This document shows positions 59,320 to 64,000 of a stretch of 64,000 bases of DNA, piece by piece; position 1 is the stretch's first letter, and the number at the start of each line of letters is the position of its first letter. The DNA comes from an uncultured delta proteobacterium (lineage in GTDB: Bacteria; Desulfobacterota; Desulfobaccia; Desulfobaccales; 0-14-0-80-60-11). The stretch is taken from the NCBI GenBank assembly GCA_963797235.1, contig CAWCOX010000008.1, positions 229,114 through 293,113 on the forward strand, written 5' to 3'. The position numbers and the translations under genes were made by a program. The notes beneath the pieces are model-generated. The model was not told where the DNA came from. It did not search any database and saw nothing but the letters and a program-made list of their open reading frames with translations.

Positions 59320-62031
59320 CTAATTGGCCATGGCCAGGTTGGAAAAGGCGCCGGCCACCACCACCCGGTCGCGGCCGGTCTCTTTGGCCCGATACAGGGC
59401 GGCGTCCGCGGCCCGGATAACGTCCTTGCCGTTGCCACCGTGATCCGGAAAGATTGCCACTCCGGCGGAAATGGTGATGGGCTTTAAGCCGGGAATGTTC
59501 TTATGGAGCTGCTTGACGCCCAGGTTCAACTCAGTGGCTCGCTCCAGGGCGATCTCCATGGGGGCTCCGGGCATAATCACGAGAAACTCCTCACCCCCAA
59601 AGCGGCAGGCAATGTCTTCCCGGCGAACCTGGTCCTGGATCAATTGACCCAAGGCGCAGAGGAGTTCATCTCCGGCATTATGGCCAAAGGTGTCGTTGTA
59701 TTCCTTGAAATGGTCCAGGTCCAGCATAATTACTCCCAGGGAATTTCCCTGGCGCTTGCCCCGGCTCAATTCCCGTTCCAGGGTCTCTTCCAGATAGCGG
59801 CGGTTGAACAGCCCGGTGAGGCCGTCCCGGATGGCCTGGTTGCGCAGGGTTTCCCGCAGTTTCAGGTTGGCCAGGGCCATGGCCATGGCCTCGGCCAGGG
59901 TGGCGGCGAATTGCCCGATGTCTTCTACCTGCTCTTTAGAACCCGTAGTGGCCTTCCGCAGGTGGAAAATGCCCATAATTTCACCCTGGGCCATCATGGG
60001 CACGCACAGGTAGCTGCCGGGCAGGGAGGAGGAGACGTGCCGGCAGTTCATGGTGAGGCCGGAATCGGCTACCAGGTAGGCCCGGCTGCGCCGCAAACAC
60101 CAGCATTCCTCGCTGCCGAAGACTAACTCCAGGGAGGCGGCATCGCCCCAGATGGCCGTCATCTCATAGAGATTCTTGGAGTTATTGAGGATATAGAGCG
60201 CGCCGCCGTAGTCGGGGAAAAATTTGGGCACGAAATGGGAGATGGCGCTGTAGGTTTCTCCGGAGGTCTGACAGGACTGGAAGACGTCGCTCATTTCCTG
60301 GAGCAGGGTCATATTGCGGTTGCGCTGGTTGGTTTCCTGCACCAGGGTCTGGAGCTGTTGATTGGCTTCACGTAATTTCGCTTCCTTTTCCTTCACCTCG
60401 GTCAGATCCCGGGCTACGGTGACGCTGCCCATATTTTTGCCCTGCTCGTCACGCAGCACCTTAACGGACAGGGAGCAAGGAAAGCTGCTGCCATCTTTCC
60501 GCCGCATGGTGATTTCGTAATTCTTCACAAAGCCGGTCTGGCGCAAATGAGTGATCATCCTGGCCAGTTCAATTTGATTGGCATAAAGATCGAAGGCAGA
60601 CTTGCCCTGCAGGTCTTGATAAGTATAACCGTAGATTTTCTCGCAGGCCTTGTTCCATTTAGTAACCACCCCGAAGCGGTCAACGATGCCGATGGCTTCG
60701 GCGGAGTTATCGAAAATGTTCTCCATGTATTGATTAGTCTGCTTCAGTTCCTCTTCCGCCTGCTTGCGCCAGGTGATATCCCGGAAGGCTCCGGCCACCC
60801 CTGCTACCTGACCGTCTTCAAAAACGGGGGTAGTCACATAGGCTACCGGCAGGGGCTCGCCCAGCTTGGTCCAGAAGACGTCATCAAGTACCCGGCGTTC
60901 TTGACCATCGGTGAGAGTGGCGTGCATGGGGCACTCCTCCTCCAGGTGAGGGGAGCCGTCCGCTTTCTGGTAGTGGATAAGTTTGTGCAGGTTTTGGCCC
61001 ATCAATTCCCTGGCCTCGAAGCCCAGCAGGTTGAGTGCGGCCGGATTGACGAAGGTGACCTCGCCGTCCAGGTCCAGCTCAAACAAACCTTCACCCAGGG
61101 AGTTTAAGATCATCTCGTTATGCTGCTGCAGCTTTTTCAGGGAGTCCTGCATCGCATGGTCTTTGGTAATGTCGGTGCAAGCCCCGGTAATATACTCGAT
61201 CCTGCCGTCTTGATCGCAGACAATCTGGCCCCTTTCCCGAACCCAAAGCAGGTCACCGGATTTGGTTTTAATGCGATACTCCCGCATATAGCACCGGTTG
61301 CCCTTCAGGGCTTCCTTGATCTTCTCTTTGGCGCCTTTCAGGTCCTCGGGCAGAATGACTTCATTCCATTTCAGCTTGCGGGAATTAAAGTCGAACATGG
61401 CATAGCCGGTAGTCTTCTCCAGCTTGTCGTCGTCAAAGAACTCGACGCTCCAATCAGCGTAACCCTTAAAGACCACGGAAGGCAGGGCCTTAACCAACAT
61501 GCGGAAATTCCGCTCGTTCTCCTGTAGGGTGGCGTAGACCCGATGTTCCATGGTGATTTCGGTACAGGTCCCGACGATAAACTCCACCTGGCCTTTGTTA
61601 TCGCAAACGATGTGACCCCGTTCCCGAAACCAACGAACCGCCCCGGATTTGGCCCTGAGGCGATACTCCCGCACATAGTATTTGGTGGTCAGCAGGGCCA
61701 GCTTAAAGGCCTCTTTGACCCGTGGCACATCCTCAGGCTCGATGATGTCCTGCCATTTCATTCTCCGGGAGTTGAATTCCTCGACGGGGTAGCCGGTAAG
61801 CTCCTCGAACCGGTTATCAAAGAAATCGGCGCTCCCATCCAGATACCCTTTGAAGACGATGGAAGGGAGGGACTCGACCAACCGGCGGTAGTTTTTTTCG
61901 GTCTCCTCCAGGCACGTCATCTGCTGACTGACCTCTCGGATGCTGCGCCGATGCAAGAGGAGTATGCCCCCGATCAGGATGGCAAGCCCGGAAAACCCGA
62001 AAAGGCCGGTTAGAGTAAAGAGGTCCATCAC
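59320..62031 (-). CDS. Diguanylate cyclase: N-terminal TM, 4 PAS, GAF, GGDEF
   Basis: DGLTGLFNRR, DLDHFKEYNDTFGHNAGD, RRED I-site, RFGGEEF. Confidence 0.93.
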   Translation of the reverse strand: MMDLFTLTGLFGFSGLAILIGGILLLHRRSIREVSQQMTCLEETEKNYRRLVESLPSIVFKGYLDGSADFFDNRFEELTGYPVEEFNSRRMKWQDIIEPEDVPRVKEAFKLALLTTKYYVREYRLRAKSGAVRWFRERGHIVCDNKGQVEFIVGTCTEITMEHRVYATLQENERNFRMLVKALPSVVFKGYADWSVEFFDDDKLEKTTGYAMFDFNSRKLKWNEVILPEDLKGAKEKIKEALKGNRCYMREYRIKTKSGDLLWVRERGQIVCDQDGRIEYITGACTDITKDHAMQDSLKKLQQHNEMILNSLGEGLFELDLDGEVTFVNPAALNLLGFEARELMGQNLHKLIHYQKADGSPHLEEECPMHATLTDGQERRVLDDVFWTKLGEPLPVAYVTTPVFEDGQVAGVAGAFRDITWRKQAEEELKQTNQYMENIFDNSAEAIGIVDRFGVVTKWNKACEKIYGYTYQDLQGKSAFDLYANQIELARMITHLRQTGFVKNYEITMRRKDGSSFPCSLSVKVLRDEQGKNMGSVTVARDLTEVKEKEAKLREANQQLQTLVQETNQRNRNMTLLQEMSDVFQSCQTSGETYSAISHFVPKFFPDYGGALYILNNSKNLYEMTAIWGDAASLELVFGSEECWCLRRSRAYLVADSGLTMNCRHVSSSLPGSYLCVPMMAQGEIMGIFHLRKATTGSKEQVEDIGQFAATLAEAMAMALANLKLRETLRNQAIRDGLTGLFNRRYLEETLERELSRGKRQGNSLGVIMLDLDHFKEYNDTFGHNAGDELLCALGQLIQDQVRREDIACRFGGEEFLVIMPGAPMEIALERATELNLGVKQLHKNIPGLKPITISAGVAIFPDHGGNGKDVIRAADAALYRAKETGRDRVVVAGAFSNLAMAN

Positions 62032-62130
62032 CGTCGCTCCTGCTGATGCTGCGCTGTAAGCTCTGGCTGATAAGTTACCGATGCTTACCAGCCCAACGTC
62101 CCGGGATCATCTGGCTTTCTCGTTTAACGC

Positions 62131-62170
62131 AAAAAAAAACCTAGTGCTCCGCCACATAACGGACCCTAGG
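62131..62170 (-). terminator. Intrinsic terminator in the DGC leader (riboswitch expression platform)
   Basis: Minus strand CCTAGGGTCCG-TTATGTGG-CGGAGCACTAGG followed by T9. Confidence 0.75.
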
Positions 62171-62191
62171 TAACAGAAGATTGCCATATTT

Positions 62192-62282
62192 CCATTTCGG
62201 CAATCCCGCTACCATTGCCCTAAGGCTTTAGGCCGGAGACTTTGCGTCCTACCCTTTCGGAGTAGTTTGCCCGTTCGATGAT
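62192..62282 (-). ncRNA. c-di-GMP-I (GEMM) riboswitch
   Basis: Minus strand GGGCAAACTACTCC-GAAA-GGGTAGGACGCAAAGTCTCCGGCCTAAA...GGTAGCGGGATTGCCGAAATG closely follows the Vc2 GEMM consensus. Confidence 0.92.
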
Positions 62283-62514
62283 CTTGCCCGCATCTTGGGC
62301 CCTTTTTCCAGGCCGGTAAATCGGGGAATCCCTGAATTTTACAGGGTAGATCCCTTATATTCCGGAAATCCCTCCGAAAGCTCTATGGTTAGTGGAGGGC
62401 GGAATAAGCAGGCGCTGATCAGAAGAGAGCCGGTGGCCGGATAACTGCAGATTTTTCGCGACCATATTCAGATATTCCTTGTATATTTTCTTAGACTTAA
62501 TGTTTTATTTTCGG

Positions 62515-62557
62515 AAAAAATTAGGCCTCCGGCCCCGCTGCGGAGGCCTATTTTTTT
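62515..62557. terminator. Bidirectional terminator-like hairpin
   Basis: A6, TAGGCCTCCG stem, loop, CGGAGGCCTA, T7. Confidence 0.65.
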
Positions 62558-62607
62558 CATTGAGCCGTCGAGCTCGCCTGAGATAAACTGACCCTGGAGA
62601 ACAGGAG

Positions 62608-64000
62608 ATGCAGCGCTTTGTTGGCCCAATATCCAGATTCTGCCGCACTGCGGCCGGCCTGCGCCTGCTCATCTGCCTGTTGCTGGCGGGGACGGCCCTG
62701 GCTCCCTATGTCCAGGTCAAGGACCACGGCTTCATCACCTTCGATGACGACATGTACGTCACCGCCAATCCCGTGGTTCGGGCCGGGTTCACCTGGCCGG
62801 GAGTCAAATGGGCCTTTACCGCCATGCACTCCTCCAACTGGCACCCCTTGACCTGGCTGTCCCATATGCTGGATTGCCGCCTCTTTGGCATGCGGCCCCG
62901 GGGCCACCATTTGATGAATGTGGCCTGGCATCTGGCCAACACCATCCTCCTGTTCCTCTTCTGGGCCTGGGTGACCCGGGCCACGTGGCCCAGCGCCATG
63001 GTGGCGGCTCTGTTTGCCCTGCACCCGCTGCACGTGGAGTCCGTCGCCTGGGTGGCGGAAAGAAAGGACGTGCTGAGCACCTTTTTCTGGCTGGGCACCA
63101 TGCTGGCTTACGCCGGGTACGCCCTGGCGCCGTCGTGGCGGCGTTATCTGCTGGTCCTGCTTTGCCTCACCCTGGGGCTGTTGGCCAAACCCATGCTGGT
63201 CACCCTGCCCTTGGTGCTGCTGCTCCTGGATTACTGGCCCCTGGGCCGGATACCGGGCGGCCCGCCCCCGGCGTCGGGCCCGGCCGGAGCCGACGGACCC
63301 CAACGGGCGCCGGCCGCGAAGGTTTACTGGCGGCTACTCAAGGAAAAGATTCCCCTGTTCGCCCTGGTTGGCCTCTCTTGTCTGGTTACCATGATGGCGC
63401 AAAAGGGCAGCGGCGCCGTGATGCCCCTGGCCATCCGGCCGCTGGGTCCCCGGATTGCCAACGCCCTGGTCTCCTACGTCGACTATGTCGTGAAGCTGTT
63501 CTGGCCCTACCCCATGAGCTTCTTTTATCAACTGGCCCCGGTGTCCTGGTGGCTGGCGGCGGGAGCCGGCCTGGCCCTGCTGGGGGTGACGGCTTTCCTG
63601 CTTTACGGGGCCAGACGCCGGCCGTATCTGGCGGTGGGCTGGCTCTGGTACGTGGGCACCATGGTGCCGGTGATCGGGCTGATCCAGGTGGGCGGCCAGG
63701 CCAGGGCGGATCGCTATACCTATATCCCGCTCATCGGCCTGTTCGTCATGATCGCCTGGGGGGTATCCGAGGCCACCGTCGGCTGGCGGCGTCGCCGGGT
63801 CCTGCTCTCCACCGCGGCAGCCGCGGCACTCCTGGCCTGCCTGCTGGCCACCTGGGTGCAGGTGGGTTATTGGCGCAGCTCGGAGACCCTGTTTACCCAT
63901 GCCCTGCAGGTCGACCCGACCAACTACATGGCCTACCACCACCTGGGCATGGCCCTGGCCAATGAGGGCAAAATCGACCAGGCCATCGACATGTACCGGA
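62608..64000 (+). CDS. TMTC-like GT-C glycosyltransferase with C-terminal TPRs (3'-truncated by window edge)
   Basis: AGGAG then ATG; FITFDDDMYVTAN, NWHPLTWLSHMLD, FALHPLHVESVAWVAERKDVL, ADRYTYIP; absent from the ORF track because no stop is reached. Confidence 0.85.
   Translation, partial: MQRFVGPISRFCRTAAGLRLLICLLLAGTALAPYVQVKDHGFITFDDDMYVTANPVVRAGFTWPGVKWAFTAMHSSNWHPLTWLSHMLDCRLFGMRPRGHHLMNVAWHLANTILLFLFWAWVTRATWPSAMVAALFALHPLHVESVAWVAERKDVLSTFFWLGTMLAYAGYALAPSWRRYLLVLLCLTLGLLAKPMLVTLPLVLLLLDYWPLGRIPGGPPPASGPAGADGPQRAPAAKVYWRLLKEKIPLFALVGLSCLVTMMAQKGSGAVMPLAIRPLGPRIANALVSYVDYVVKLFWPYPMSFFYQLAPVSWWLAAGAGLALLGVTAFLLYGARRRPYLAVGWLWYVGTMVPVIGLIQVGGQARADRYTYIPLIGLFVMIAWGVSEATVGWRRRRVLLSTAAAAALLACLLATWVQVGYWRSSETLFTHALQVDPTNYMAYHHLGMALANEGKIDQAIDMYR

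Noticed and set aside
59320-62282. cGAMP (Hypr GGDEF / GEMM-Ib) system
   Set aside because: The signature positions are the c-di-GMP type (G20, Asp)
62808-63965. 385-aa ORF in the track
   Set aside because: Off-frame shadow; the real gene starts at 62608 in another frame and runs off the window

Overview
GC-rich bacterial chromosome segment. Gene content and repeat style suggest an anaerobic deltaproteobacterium (Desulfobacca/Syntrophobacterales-like); this is an inference. Housekeeping genes include fabD, thiF-G-H-S-E, gatB, mtnA, polA, dnaE and a TrxB-like reductase. They are interspersed with envelope genes (two L,D-transpeptidases, two Lpp/OprI-like lipoproteins, a LysM dual peptidoglycan hydrolase, ElyC-like, TMTC-like) and signalling genes (two class III cyclases, three histidine kinases, a PAS-GAF-GGDEF cyclase). 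Most notable: (1) a compact GT2 synthase plus TPR/beta-barrel exopolysaccharide locus with no PilZ domain or BcsB; (2) a kdpFABC locus without kdpE, with KdpD broken into pieces, a sigma54 activator, a HAMP-PAS kinase and a complete UAS/IHF/-24-12 promoter; (3) three unrelated cargo genes inside the thi operon, bracketed by copies of one palindromic repeat; (4) a c-di-GMP-I riboswitch and terminator upstream of a diguanylate cyclase; (5) a low-GC, codon-atypical patch in frame within gatB; (6) many REP/REPIN-like families filling the intergenic gaps. No tRNA, rRNA, CRISPR array, transposase or prophage was seen. All calls come from motif reading; no database searches were run.
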